Assembly (NCBI GenBank): GCA_039794845.1
Contig: JAUQVK010000112.1
Coordinates: 11,121 to 75,120, forward strand
Length of the DNA stretch: 64,000 bases
Reading direction: 5' to 3'
Source of the DNA: Thermostichus sp. DRC_bins_24
GTDB lineage: Bacteria; Cyanobacteriota; Cyanobacteriia; Thermostichales; Thermostichaceae
Position numbers and translations under genes: made by a program. Positions 52,650 through 62,683 of this stretch are shown here, piece after piece (positions within the stretch are counted from its first letter, which is position 1; every line of letters starts with the position of its first letter). Under the pieces are notes generated by a model. It was not told the DNA's origin. It ran no database searches and saw only the letters and a program-made list of their open reading frames with translations.

Positions 52650-53798
52650 GTGGGATCCATGCTCAGGCCCAGTCTCTTGTTTTCCGGATCGGCCCTGCTG
52701 GGGTTGATGTCTTTGCTGATCTTGGGCGGTGAATGCGGTTTGCTCGCACGGCGGCAACGCTCATCCCCTCAGATTCCCCTGGACGCTTTGGAACAGCCTC
52801 TGGAGCCATCCCAGATATTCATATTTTTTGAAGATGAGCCGGATCCGTCGCCGCTACTTGCCCACCAAGCCCAACTGCGAGAGCGGGTGCAAGAGCTGGA
52901 ACGACGCTCTCAAGCCCACCAACAGCAAGCTCATCAATGGCTTTCCCCTCGGGTCGATGGCCGTGGGATCCCCCAGCACCCTTCCGGTGTTATCCGTTTT
53001 GATTCAACTTCAACCCTCGCCCGATCGGCACGGCCTCGCCGTCAGGATCCCACCCTTTCGCAAGCCGCTGCTCAACCGGTCGCTCCCAATTATCTGGCGC
53101 GGTTAAGCCAGCAAATGAACCGGGAGCCAGGGAATGCCCGGCTTTATCTGCAACGGGCACAGCACTTTTGGCATCAGTCCCAGGAGGATCCCTTTGCTCT
53201 GCCCCGGCCGGAACAGGCGTCGGCCATTGCCCACCTGATGCGCTCTGCCTTGCGGGATCTAAACATTGCCATTGCTTTGGATCCCTATCTCAGCGAAGCC
53301 TATCTGCTCAAGGCCAAAATTCAGTACGAGCGTTTGCGCGAACCCGACCAAGCCTTGGCGACCCTGTCTCCTTTGGACCGCTTTGCCTATCGCAACCCGC
53401 AACTGCACCTGATGCGCTCCCGCATTTGGGCTGAGCAAGGGCATCTGGAATCCGCCTTTGATGTCGCTCACCTGGCGATTGAGCTGGCGCACCAAAGCCA
53501 GAACAAAGCGGACCTGTTTGATGCCTATGTGCATCGGGGTTTGCTGTGGGGCAGCGTTTGTGATTTGAGTTTGGCAATGCAGGACTTCAGCCGGGCCATC
53601 GAGCTGTTGCCCCATCGCGGGGATCCCTACTACTACCGGGGAATAGCAGGCGCCTACTCTGGCTCTGATCTGCGACGAGCAGCGGCAGACCTAGGCAGTG
53701 CGTTGATGTTGTGGCGGGCTTCGGGTACGGGATCCCCGGCGAGGCTGGAGCACGCAGAAGCAGTGCGAATGGAGCTTTTGCAGCAGCTGCGTCGATAA
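52650..53798 (+). CDS. TPR-repeat protein with N-terminal membrane anchor
   Basis: AYLLKAKI, AYVHRGLL..AMQDFSRAIEL, YYYRG repeats. Confidence 0.75.
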   Translation: MGSMLRPSLLFSGSALLGLMSLLILGGECGLLARRQRSSPQIPLDALEQPLEPSQIFIFFEDEPDPSPLLAHQAQLRERVQELERRSQAHQQQAHQWLSPRVDGRGIPQHPSGVIRFDSTSTLARSARPRRQDPTLSQAAAQPVAPNYLARLSQQMNREPGNARLYLQRAQHFWHQSQEDPFALPRPEQASAIAHLMRSALRDLNIAIALDPYLSEAYLLKAKIQYERLREPDQALATLSPLDRFAYRNPQLHLMRSRIWAEQGHLESAFDVAHLAIELAHQSQNKADLFDAYVHRGLLWGSVCDLSLAMQDFSRAIELLPHRGDPYYYRGIAGAYSGSDLRRAAADLGSALMLWRASGTGSPARLEHAEAVRMELLQQLRR

Positions 53799-53981
53799 TT
53801 TCGACAGTGTTTTCGTTTCAGGTTCGGGAGAATCCGGTAGGCACAAGGGGTTAAGTGTCTCTTTGGGGGCCTGGCTCCGAAATGAGGATACTGCCGGGTG
53901 GCAATTGGCAAGTCCATCCGAACAAAGCCAGGATGTTAGGGATGACTGTAACTGCAGCAGGATCCTTCAGAACCGAGCGCA

Positions 53982-55223
53982 ATGATGAGCCGACGACAAT
54001 TAACGATCTCCGTGTCTTCAGTAGCCCTGGTGGTGGCGACGGGAATGCTGCTCCTGTTGCTGTGGCAACTGCGGAGCCTGGTGCTGACGGTGATGATCGC
54101 GGTGGTGGTGGCGGCGGCGCTGGCTCCCCTGGTGGATATGGCGGAACGGATGTGGATCCCTCGCTGGCTGGCGGTGGTGGCGGTGTATCTGAGCCTCATT
54201 GCCGGAATTGCCGGGTTGGCTTTGTTGATCGGCCCCACGGTGGCAACCCAGACCGAGCGGCTGTTGATGAAATTACCCTTCTATCTGGAGCGGCTGCAAC
54301 TGCTGGTGGATACCTGGATTACGGATCTGGCAGGGGTGGATCCGGAGGTGATCGACTACTTGAATCAGGTGCTCAACCCGCAATCGATAACCGGCTGGGC
54401 GATTCGCTCAGGGCAGCAGTTGTTGGTGCAATCCTACGACTTCACGCGGGGCTTACTGGGGGCGATCCTGACCACCTTGCTGACGATTTTTATTTCTGGC
54501 TACATGCTGGTGAGCGGCTCCAGCCTGATTCAGGGGTTGGTGGAGCTGTTCCCTTACCCCTGGAATGAACGACTGGCGCAACAGGTGCACCCGATGGCCC
54601 AGCGGATGGGGGGCTACATTCAAGGGCGGGTGGTGGTTTCCGCCATTTTGGGGGTGATGATCACGGTCTCGCTGCGCTTTTTGGGTCTGTCGGAGTTTGC
54701 CATCGCGCTGGGGGTGATCGCCGGGTTTACCAATCTCATCCCCTTTATCGGGCCGGTGTTGGGATCCCTGCCCGCCTTGGTGGTGGCGATTGTGCAAGGG
54801 GGCTGGACCTTCTTGTGGGTACTGCTTCTTTATATTGCCATCCAAAACCTGGAGACCTACGTGTTGGATCCCCTGCTGGTGGGGTCTTCGGTACGGGTGA
54901 AACCCCTGTACCAATTGTTGGCCGTCTTGGGAGGCACACAGCTGTTGGGCATTATCGGGGCGGTGATCGCTCCCCCTTGGGTGGCTGGAGCAGCGGTGTT
55001 GCTGGAGAATCTTTACCTCAAGCCCAAACAGGAGGCGGAAGCCCAAGCGAAATTGCATATGCCTCCCTCCGATTCTTCTGCCTTGCCGGCCCCAGCCGCT
55101 AATGGTCATCTGGCCTCGGAGCAGGGAGCCAAAGAAGCTGGATGGGAAGAGACTTCCAGAGCTACTCCTGGTTCTCAGGCATCTGAGGAAGCAGATCTAC
55201 CCCTTCCAGGGCGCAGGGTTTGA
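53982..55223 (+). CDS. AI-2E family transporter
   Basis: NLIPFIGP and QNLETYVLDPLLVG motifs; multi-pass hydrophobic profile. Confidence 0.9.
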   Translation: MMSRRQLTISVSSVALVVATGMLLLLLWQLRSLVLTVMIAVVVAAALAPLVDMAERMWIPRWLAVVAVYLSLIAGIAGLALLIGPTVATQTERLLMKLPFYLERLQLLVDTWITDLAGVDPEVIDYLNQVLNPQSITGWAIRSGQQLLVQSYDFTRGLLGAILTTLLTIFISGYMLVSGSSLIQGLVELFPYPWNERLAQQVHPMAQRMGGYIQGRVVVSAILGVMITVSLRFLGLSEFAIALGVIAGFTNLIPFIGPVLGSLPALVVAIVQGGWTFLWVLLLYIAIQNLETYVLDPLLVGSSVRVKPLYQLLAVLGGTQLLGIIGAVIAPPWVAGAAVLLENLYLKPKQEAEAQAKLHMPPSDSSALPAPAANGHLASEQGAKEAGWEETSRATPGSQASEEADLPLPGRRV

Positions 55224-55253
55224 GTTTTGATGTGAGTGGGTGAGGGATCCTAG

Positions 55254-56768
55254 GTGGCCCGGTCATTGATGGTGGTGGGAACCTCTTCCCATGTGGGCAA
55301 AACCCTGTTGGTCACTGCCCTCTGTCGCCTTCTCAAAAGAGCCGGAAAGCGGGTTACACCTTTCAAAGCCCAGAATATGTCTCTTAATGCCTACGTCACC
55401 GCAGATGGCAAAGAGATTGCCTATGCCCAAGCTCTACAAGCCTGGGCCGCTGGGATCCCGCCAACGGTGGAAATGAACCCGATCCTCCTCAAGCCGCAGG
55501 GAAACCTCACCTCACAAGTGATTTTGAATGGGGTAGCTGCAGGCACCTACCGAGCCGGAGAGTACTACGAACGCTGGTTTGAGCCCGGTTGGCAAGCTGT
55601 AACCGCAGCCCTGGCCCAATTGCAACAGCAGTACGACTGGATTCTGTGTGAGGGGGCGGGCAGCCCTGCAGAAGTTAACCTCAAGCATCGGGATCTGGTG
55701 AATATGCGGGTCGCGTTGCACCTAGGATCCCCCACTTGGTTGGTGGCGGATATCGATCGCGGCGGGGCCTTGGCCCATGTGGTGGGTACGCTACAATTGC
55801 TGGACCCCGAAGAACGCGCTTTGATCCGGGGCATTGTCATCAACAAATTTCGGGGCTCCCGGGAATTGCTGCAACCGGGCCTCGACTGGCTGGAAAACCA
55901 TACCGGGATCCCTGTGGTCGGGGTGTTGCCCTGGTTGGATTTGCCTCTGCCTCAAGAAGATTCTATGGGGGTTGAAGCCATGAGTTGGGCCCAGCCACAA
56001 CTCTTGGAGGATCGGCAAGGCAGTGCTAGCCGGAGGGCCTTGAGGGGATCCCAGCTCGAGATCGCCGTGATTCGGCTGCCCAAAATCGCCAATTTCTCAG
56101 ATTTTGACCCTCTGGTGGCAGAGCCAAGCGTTCGTCTGCGTTGGGTTCACCCGGGTGAGGCGTTGGGATCCCCGCATGCAGTGATTCTTCCCGGCAGCAA
56201 AACCACCCTTGCCGATCTATTGACCCTGGAAAAGACGGGCTTGGCCGACCAACTGCGACGGTATCCTGGCCAAATTGTCGGGATTTGCGGCGGTCTGCAG
56301 ATGTTGGGGGAAAAGATTACCGATCCCGAGGGGATAGAAGAAGTTTCGGGTTCCTATCCTGGGCTGGGTTTTCTCCCCCTGACAACAACCCTCGAACCGA
56401 CCAAAGTTACCCAGCAGATCCAGACCCACATTCAATGGCCTACCCCCTCTCCCATCCTGGGTTACGAAATTCACCAGGGATCCACTCAAGCTACTTCTTC
56501 TAGCTGCGTGCCTCTGTTTGAACAGGAGCACCTCGGTTGGCGGGATCCCGCAGGACGGGTGTGGGGCAGCTACCTGCACGGACTGTTCGACAATCACCGC
56601 TGGCGACGACAATGGCTGAATCACCTGAGGCGACAAAACGGCTGGGAGCTCTTGCCGGAATTGGAAGGTCACTATTCTCAGCAACGGGAGCAACTGCTGG
56701 AGCGCTTGGCAGATCTATGGCAAGCCCACCTGGATTTGCATGTGTTTTCAACAGCAAAAGACTCATAG
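55254..56768 (+). CDS. cobQ: Cobyric acid synthase
   Basis: GTSSHVGKT, FKAQNMS, EGAGSPAE, GICGGLQMLG, GSYLHG. Confidence 0.96.
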   Translation: MARSLMVVGTSSHVGKTLLVTALCRLLKRAGKRVTPFKAQNMSLNAYVTADGKEIAYAQALQAWAAGIPPTVEMNPILLKPQGNLTSQVILNGVAAGTYRAGEYYERWFEPGWQAVTAALAQLQQQYDWILCEGAGSPAEVNLKHRDLVNMRVALHLGSPTWLVADIDRGGALAHVVGTLQLLDPEERALIRGIVINKFRGSRELLQPGLDWLENHTGIPVVGVLPWLDLPLPQEDSMGVEAMSWAQPQLLEDRQGSASRRALRGSQLEIAVIRLPKIANFSDFDPLVAEPSVRLRWVHPGEALGSPHAVILPGSKTTLADLLTLEKTGLADQLRRYPGQIVGICGGLQMLGEKITDPEGIEEVSGSYPGLGFLPLTTTLEPTKVTQQIQTHIQWPTPSPILGYEIHQGSTQATSSSCVPLFEQEHLGWRDPAGRVWGSYLHGLFDNHRWRRQWLNHLRRQNGWELLPELEGHYSQQREQLLERLADLWQAHLDLHVFSTAKDS

Positions 56769-56878
56769 CCTGCCTCCCACTTTCTAGCAAGGAGATCTGA
56801 CAAGGAGATCTGATGGTCGGGGGTTAGCTTTGCCGGCAGTTTGCGTTTGTTGAATGCCTTGTTCTGGGTTTTTCCAGA

Positions 56879-57937
56879 CTAGCCTTGCTTGGGCTCTCTC
56901 CATACCAAATGCCCCTCTTGAACTTCTAACCAACCCCCACCCGGATACTCCGGAGTACGACTGCGGCGGCCTGCCTTCAACAAAGGGATCCCGGCTTCCA
57001 CTTGCTCAAAAGTGGGGTGGTGAGGCAACACCGTTTCCAAAAACTGAAATAGAATCTGGCGCTGTAAGGCTAGGGGAGCTGTTCGTAAGGGATCCCTCAC
57101 CAATCCAGGCAGAGTGGGTTGATACACCTGCAGCCACAGTTGGGAAGTTTGCGCCAACACCAACTCATGCTCCGCCTCCAGCAAAGCGGCAACCCGGTTC
57201 AATGCCGATTCCAGTTGCGGGTTAAAGTGCTGCTTCAAGTAGGGAATGACCTCCAGGCGCAGGCGATTGCGGCCATGGGCCAAATCTTGGTTGCTGCGAT
57301 CCGGCCAGACTGGCAACTGATACCGCTGGCAGAACTGCTCGGTTTCGGAGCGGGAAAGGTTCAGCAGAGGACGCACCAAGTGAGCGGAGGTGGGATCCTG
57401 TTCATCGAGGCGGCGCTGCCAATCAAGACTGGTTAGCCCGGCTGCCCCCGTGCCTCGCAGAAGATTCCACAAGAACGTCTCGGCCCGATCGCTGGCAGTA
57501 TGCCCCATGACTACCGCGCTGCAGTTCCAAATCTTGGCCCATTTGTTCAACTGTTGGTAGCGCCAGGCTCTGGCCCCCGCTTCATCCCAACGGATGGGAT
57601 CGGCGGTTTCGATGGCGTGGGGTAAGTCCTGTTGCTTTAGCCAACTCTGCAAAAACCGAGCGCAATTGGTTTCATCTGCCGACCAACGGTGATCACAATG
57701 CAGAACAAACAACTGCCAGCCCCAGCGTGGCCTTAAGTCGAGCAAAATCTTAAGCAGACAAAAGGAATCCTGCCCGCCGGAGAAGGCCACCACCAATTGC
57801 TGACCCGGGTGGAGCAGCCGCCGTTGCCGAATCGTGTGCTGTACCCGCAGGTGTAGAGGAGAGAGCCTGACCACCGTGACCCCAGAGATTTCCAAAATAA
57901 ACCTTGGATCCCTCTGTTCCTCGAGGAACTGATACAC
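56879..57937 (-). CDS. tilS: tRNA(Ile)-lysidine synthetase
   Basis: AFSGGQDS PP-loop, GHTASDRAET, RPLL, RNRLR; exact start uncertain. Confidence 0.92.
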   Translation of the reverse strand: MYQFLEEQRDPRFILEISGVTVVRLSPLHLRVQHTIRQRRLLHPGQQLVVAFSGGQDSFCLLKILLDLRPRWGWQLFVLHCDHRWSADETNCARFLQSWLKQQDLPHAIETADPIRWDEAGARAWRYQQLNKWAKIWNCSAVVMGHTASDRAETFLWNLLRGTGAAGLTSLDWQRRLDEQDPTSAHLVRPLLNLSRSETEQFCQRYQLPVWPDRSNQDLAHGRNRLRLEVIPYLKQHFNPQLESALNRVAALLEAEHELVLAQTSQLWLQVYQPTLPGLVRDPLRTAPLALQRQILFQFLETVLPHHPTFEQVEAGIPLLKAGRRSRTPEYPGGGWLEVQEGHLVWREPKQG

Positions 57938-57964
57938 TAGCCGTTTCCGTTCTGCAGTCGGGAA

Positions 57965-59146
57965 CTAGGCCAGCGCCCGTGTCAGGTGGGAGGCCACAGC
58001 TTGGACAGCGGCAATGCTTCGTTCGTAGGCCATCCGGGTTGGCCCCAATAGGGTGACGGTACCCAGGGGCGCGGAACGGCGGCGGTAGGTGGAGGCGATG
58101 ACCGTACAGTGGTGCAAAGATTCAAGCGGGTTTTCGCTGCCAATGTAGATGAGCACAGGGATCTTTCGGGCTTGATGAGATGGATCCTGCTCTGGATCAA
58201 CCGCAGGTGAATCCTCGGAGGAAGGATTTGTCTCATCCTTGCCATCAAGAGGATCTGGTCCTGTCACGTCGGTGGGCCGGAGGCCTACCATCCCCTGGAG
58301 CTGCTCGGATCCCTCTTCGATCAACTGCACCACCGCTTGCACCTGTTGTGCGTGGGAAAACTCCGGTTGCCGCATCAATTCCGTCATGCCCGCACTAAAC
58401 ACCTGACTGAGGGGAGGCTGTAGATAGCGTTGCACCACCGAGCGCAGCAGGTGTTGCAGCCAATGGCCATAGGTGCGAAATTCTTCGTCCAGCTTCAGCC
58501 AGCTCAGATCCTGCAATTCGGCAAAGGTTTTGCCCCGCAGCTTCAGGGTGAGAAAGTTGCTAAGCAGCTGCAACTCATCTTCCAGACGGTCGCTGGGCCA
58601 CTCAGGGGGGGCCACCATAGCCGAATAGGTTTGATACGAATCTGTAACCACCAGCACCATGACCCGCCCCGGCGCAACCGCCACCAATTGCAGGTGATGG
58701 ATGGCCACCACGGGTCCCTGGGGGGGCGTGATCAGGGCGATGCAGCCGCTCAAATGGGCCAGGAGCTGCGCCACCCGCTGTAAGAGGCTATCCAGATCAT
58801 CCCCCAACTGACGATTCAGCTGATCCAACAACTGTTGCAGGGCAGGGTGGGGATCCGGCTGAGGAATATTGGGCGAAATCCCGGTGCTGCTGGGAGAAGC
58901 CAGCAGGTCGTCAACATAAACTCGGTAGCCGAAATCGGAAGGGATCCGACCTGCAGAGGTGTGGGGTTGAAACAGCAGACCGATCTGTTCGAGGGTGGCC
59001 AAATCGTTGCGGATGGTGGCCGTGCTGACTCCGAGGTCATAGGACTCGGCCAAGGTTTTGGAGCCAACCGGTTCAGCCGTGGCGATGTAGCTGCGCACCG
59101 TCGCCCACAGGATCTTCCGCTGTCGGGGAGTCAGTTTAAGTCTCAT
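57965..59146 (-). CDS. hrcA: Heat-inducible transcription repressor HrcA
   Basis: EPVGSKTL, STATIRNDL, PHTSAGRIP, GPTRMAY. Confidence 0.95.
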   Translation of the reverse strand: MRLKLTPRQRKILWATVRSYIATAEPVGSKTLAESYDLGVSTATIRNDLATLEQIGLLFQPHTSAGRIPSDFGYRVYVDDLLASPSSTGISPNIPQPDPHPALQQLLDQLNRQLGDDLDSLLQRVAQLLAHLSGCIALITPPQGPVVAIHHLQLVAVAPGRVMVLVVTDSYQTYSAMVAPPEWPSDRLEDELQLLSNFLTLKLRGKTFAELQDLSWLKLDEEFRTYGHWLQHLLRSVVQRYLQPPLSQVFSAGMTELMRQPEFSHAQQVQAVVQLIEEGSEQLQGMVGLRPTDVTGPDPLDGKDETNPSSEDSPAVDPEQDPSHQARKIPVLIYIGSENPLESLHHCTVIASTYRRRSAPLGTVTLLGPTRMAYERSIAAVQAVASHLTRALA

Positions 59147-59429
59147 GGCTGCTCAAAAGGGCAAGGTCAACACACAACCAAAAGGAACCATTGAATCGCT
59201 CTACGATAAATCAACTCAGGGCTTGAATACGAATCCAGACGAACCTTTACGTCTATTCTTACTCCTTCACGATGGGTTGCGCCTGAGCGGAGCTGGAGGG
59301 CTAGCCGTTAAGTCTTGTGTAGCGCCTCCGGGGTTCCCTAAGGGCTGGGATTGGGGGCGCCGTTTTGGCCTGGAGGTGGTAAAAGTTAAGTCAGCTCTTG
59401 TGTCTGTTGCATCTACTTAGGTTGGTTCC

Positions 59430-59732
59430 ATGCACCTATCGCCCCAGGAGAAAGACAAGTTGTTGGTCTACCTAGCGGCTCAACTGGCTCAGGATCGACG
59501 GCAGCGGGGCCTAAAGCTGAATTATCCCGAGGCAGTTGCCTATTTGAGTGCGGCAGTTCTGGAGGGGGCTCGGGAAGGAAAAACGGTTGCCCAACTGATG
59601 AGCGAAGGGCTGACTTGGTTGAGCCGGGAGGATGTGATGGCTGGGATCCCGGAGATGATTCCCGAGATCCAGGTGGAAGCCACGTTCCCCGATGGGACAA
59701 AGCTGGTAACCCTGCACCACCCGATTCGCTGA
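59430..59732 (+). CDS. ureA: Urease gamma subunit
   Basis: [31 protein letters not shown]. Confidence 0.97.
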   Translation: MHLSPQEKDKLLVYLAAQLAQDRRQRGLKLNYPEAVAYLSAAVLEGAREGKTVAQLMSEGLTWLSREDVMAGIPEMIPEIQVEATFPDGTKLVTLHHPIR

Positions 59733-59744
59733 GGGGGTTGGGAA

Positions 59745-59778
59745 CCTGAATACCTGAATACTTGAATAATCCTGAATA
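59745..59778 (+). repeat. Short tandem repeat C(C/T)TGAATA x4
   Basis: CCTGAATA CCTGAATA CTTGAATA at CCTGAATA in the ureA-ureB spacer. Confidence 0.8.
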
Positions 59779-59811
59779 ACCGTATTGCCCTTTGCCCTTG
59801 GAGATTGTGAT

Positions 59812-60225
59812 ATGCCCCCTGCCCGTAAACCCAAAGCCACGCCGGCTCCTGAAGCTGGGGCCACCTTGGTTCCGGGAGAGCTCATGTTGGCAGAAGAACC
59901 GATCCACGCCAACGTCGGGCGGGCCACCGTGACGCTTGAGGTGACCAACCAAGGGGATCGACCCATTCAAGTGGGATCCCATTTTCACTTTTTTGAGGTG
60001 AACCGAGCTTTGGTCTTTGACCGGGCTGCGAGTTTTGGCATGCGCCTGAATATCCCTTCTGGCAATGCGGTGCGTTTTGAGCCGGGGCAAACCCATGAGG
60101 TGACCTTAGTGGCCCTCGGGGGCAAGGGGTTGGTGCATGGCTTTAACAAGCTAACCGAGGGTAGTGTGCGCTCTGCCACCCAAAAACAGCTTTCTCTGGC
60201 GCGGTTGCAGGCGTGGATGGGCTAA
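59812..60225 (+). CDS. ureB: Urease beta subunit
   Basis: [32 protein letters not shown]. Confidence 0.96.
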   Translation: MPPARKPKATPAPEAGATLVPGELMLAEEPIHANVGRATVTLEVTNQGDRPIQVGSHFHFFEVNRALVFDRAASFGMRLNIPSGNAVRFEPGQTHEVTLVALGGKGLVHGFNKLTEGSVRSATQKQLSLARLQAWMG

Positions 60226-60365
60226 GCAGTCAAGCAGTGGAGGGATAACGCCCCCTTAACTGTGCAGCTTTGGGCATCTGAACTGAGGCTCAGTCACATC
60301 TTAATTTTCTGCCCAGATCCGCAACAGTAGTGCTATCCATTCCTTTTCCTCTAGGAGCTTGTGCA

Positions 60366-60608
60366 ATGTCGGGGCGCGAAACGGTCTTGTGGATGTGGGT
60401 ACAAGGCTTGGGGTTAAATCTTTCCGGGTTGGCCCTGTTGGCTGCAACAGGCACTATCTTTGGGCCGGTGGGCTGGACGGGTACGGCTGTAGCGGTAATG
60501 TTGAAGTTGATCGGAGATGGACAACTGGTGCGAGGATACTGGCTCTGGCAAAGTCAGCAGCAACAGCTAGGATCCCAGCCCGTCAGGACAGCAGCAACAG
60601 CACCGTAG
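60366..60608 (+). CDS. Small hypothetical membrane protein
   Basis: Two hydrophobic segments; ATG at 60366. Confidence 0.5.
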   Translation: MSGRETVLWMWVQGLGLNLSGLALLAATGTIFGPVGWTGTAVAVMLKLIGDGQLVRGYWLWQSQQQQLGSQPVRTAATAP

Positions 60609-60629
60609 ATGGAAATTCTGCTTTTCCGC

Positions 60630-60659
60630 TCTAGGGCTGATCAATCTAGGGCTGATCAA
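60630..60659 (+). repeat. Perfect 15-bp tandem duplication TCTAGGGCTGATCAA
   Basis: 60630-60644 and 60645-60659; includes the stop codon of the CARF-HEPN gene. Confidence 0.9.
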
Positions 60660-61965
60660 ACAGAAAATGTTGGGGAAACTGAGGGGCTTGGGATTTTTTT
60701 CTATCCTTAGTCAGCCATTGTAAGCCTTCTCGAATAAAGGCCACCAGGGATCCCTGAATTTTTTGGTAATCGCTTTGGGTGATGGGCTTGAATCCATGGG
60801 CAAATAACGAATAATTTCGCACCTGTAGAGCATCTGCAATCAGCGACTGCCGCTCCTGAAAAAGCTCTCCCAAGGGATCCCCTGGCAGTTGGCCGAGAAG
60901 ATTGTAGCTTTTGCGAAGAGGCAGCTCTATCTTTCCCTCTCGTTGGAATTGCGATTGGAATTGAGGGCGGATGGCTTCGGGGAGCTTGTTGGGATCCACA
61001 TCCCCTGTTGTAATGTCATAGCTGAGTTTGAGGTGTATCTGAGCCAGCAGTTCCAAAGCTCGATAAACTCGTCCCACTGCATCATCAAAGCGGCATTGGG
61101 AGGCGCGTCGCTCCGCATTGAGCAGCAGATCTTCGACGATTTCATAGCCATGCCCTGGGGATCCCAGGGATCCATCAAAGTCAGGATCAATTTTGCTGCG
61201 GCTGTCCATCACCCGTTTCAGAAATAGCCCCAAAGGCTGGATCCATTTTTGTTTCATTAGGGGTTCTAGGTAGGCCCAAGCCTCGAGGTGATCAAATCGA
61301 TCCCAGGCATCAAGGGCTGAGCACAGGTCGTAAAATTGCCGGATGGTCTGCCGAGTCGCAGGGGATGTATCTTGATTTACCCTCAGTTGGCGGAGCTTTT
61401 GCAGGGCGGCGGCGTAGTTGTAGTCGGCAACCATAGTTGGGAGATCCTGCTCCAGCACCCGCTGCACCACCACCGGAGCAACGCTGGCTTGTTCGGTCAT
61501 CTCGCCACGATCGACCCGGATCAAATCCCGACGATTGCCGGTGGTCAGCATCAGCTTGGCCCCGTAGTCCAGCGCCGCCAAAGCGAGGGTCACAGACATG
61601 GTTTTGGTACCGCCGGTGTAATCTGCGGCGAGAGTGAGGCCGGTTTCTGCTGCACTGATCTGGGCCATCTTGCGGGTGATGGTGGCGTAGCACTCGGCAA
61701 AATCATCTGGATCCTGAACCAGCACCACATCCTGCTCAGGATCAAAGTCTCTCAGCCCTGCCTGGGTGGGAATGTTGGGTAGCTTTTCCACCACTTCGGA
61801 TCCCTTGCGCACCTCACAGGGGGATCCCTGTCCTGTCACCTGAGAAAGACTTCCCCTGGGGCCATCCGAACAAATAAAGATGACCCGATCTGGGCTTAGG
61901 GTTTGAATCGCAGTGACGATAGGTTGAGGGGATCCGCCAACGGTAACAAAGAGAACGGTTTTCAT
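60646..61965 (-). CDS. TIGR02710-like CRISPR-associated CARF-HEPN effector
   Basis: TVGGSPQPI and DYTGGTKTMS CARF motifs; C-terminal HEPN RNYSLFAH. Confidence 0.85.
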   Translation of the reverse strand: MKTVLFVTVGGSPQPIVTAIQTLSPDRVIFICSDGPRGSLSQVTGQGSPCEVRKGSEVVEKLPNIPTQAGLRDFDPEQDVVLVQDPDDFAECYATITRKMAQISAAETGLTLAADYTGGTKTMSVTLALAALDYGAKLMLTTGNRRDLIRVDRGEMTEQASVAPVVVQRVLEQDLPTMVADYNYAAALQKLRQLRVNQDTSPATRQTIRQFYDLCSALDAWDRFDHLEAWAYLEPLMKQKWIQPLGLFLKRVMDSRSKIDPDFDGSLGSPGHGYEIVEDLLLNAERRASQCRFDDAVGRVYRALELLAQIHLKLSYDITTGDVDPNKLPEAIRPQFQSQFQREGKIELPLRKSYNLLGQLPGDPLGELFQERQSLIADALQVRNYSLFAHGFKPITQSDYQKIQGSLVAFIREGLQWLTKDRKKSQAPQFPQHFLFDQP

Positions 61966-62525
61966 GCGCTAGGCAACCACAGCTTTGGCAAGGGGCAGAC
62001 AAAACCAGGGAGTAACGGAGATTCAAGGATATCCTCTTGCAGGCAGGTTTTGATGAGGGTCAGGGATCCCTCGTGGCGGCGATAGATTTCGGCTTGTTTT
62101 TGCAGTGGATCCAGGATCCAGTACTCTTGCACCCCACGGCGGCTGTAGAGTTTGAGCTTGATCTGGCGATCCCGGCTGGCATTGCGGGATCCGGGGCTGA
62201 CCACCTCGATCACCAACTCTGGGGCACTGTGGAGCTTGCCATCCTCTTGCAGGGCTGTTTGCAGACGAGTGTGACTGATCCAGACCACATCCGGGGCAAC
62301 ATCATCATCTTCGGCAAAGATCAGCCCTGGGGCGGTATTGGCCATTCCTAGCCCAGTGCTATCACTCCATTCATCAAGAAAGCGAAAGATGCGGCTGGCG
62401 GCATATTGGTGTTGCCAACTGGGTTGGTGGGTCACATACAGCTCTCCATCGATCACTTCGTAGCGTTTGCCGTCATCGGGCATGAGAGCCAAGTCTGAGG
62501 AGGTAAAGCGGTGGGCAGCAATCAT
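61962..62525 (-). CDS. Uma2 (DUF820) family protein inside the cas operon
   Basis: RYEVIDGEL, VAPDVVW, APELVIEVVSPG, GVQEYWILDP; ATGA overlap with the CARF-HEPN start. Confidence 0.92.
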   Translation of the reverse strand: MIAAHRFTSSDLALMPDDGKRYEVIDGELYVTHQPSWQHQYAASRIFRFLDEWSDSTGLGMANTAPGLIFAEDDDVAPDVVWISHTRLQTALQEDGKLHSAPELVIEVVSPGSRNASRDRQIKLKLYSRRGVQEYWILDPLQKQAEIYRRHEGSLTLIKTCLQEDILESPLLPGFVCPLPKLWLPSA

Positions 62526-62560
62526 GGCGTACCTCAAAAGGGTGTCATTATTCGGAGCAA

Positions 62561-62683
62561 TCAGAGCAATTGACCCAGCCGTTCTCGCAGTTCAGCAGCG
62601 GCTTGCTCTAGGTGGTCGGGGGTATGGCCCGTCGTCTCTACCATAACGGCCATGTGGGTATCTTCGCTCTCGTGCAACAGATT
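62561..62683 (-). pseudogene. 40-codon open frame continuing in frame after the CARF-RelE stop (relic C-terminus or 30-aa ORF)
   Basis: NLLHESEDTHMAVMVETTGHTPDHLEQAAAELRERLGQLL*; GC-richer than the gene it follows. Confidence 0.35.
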
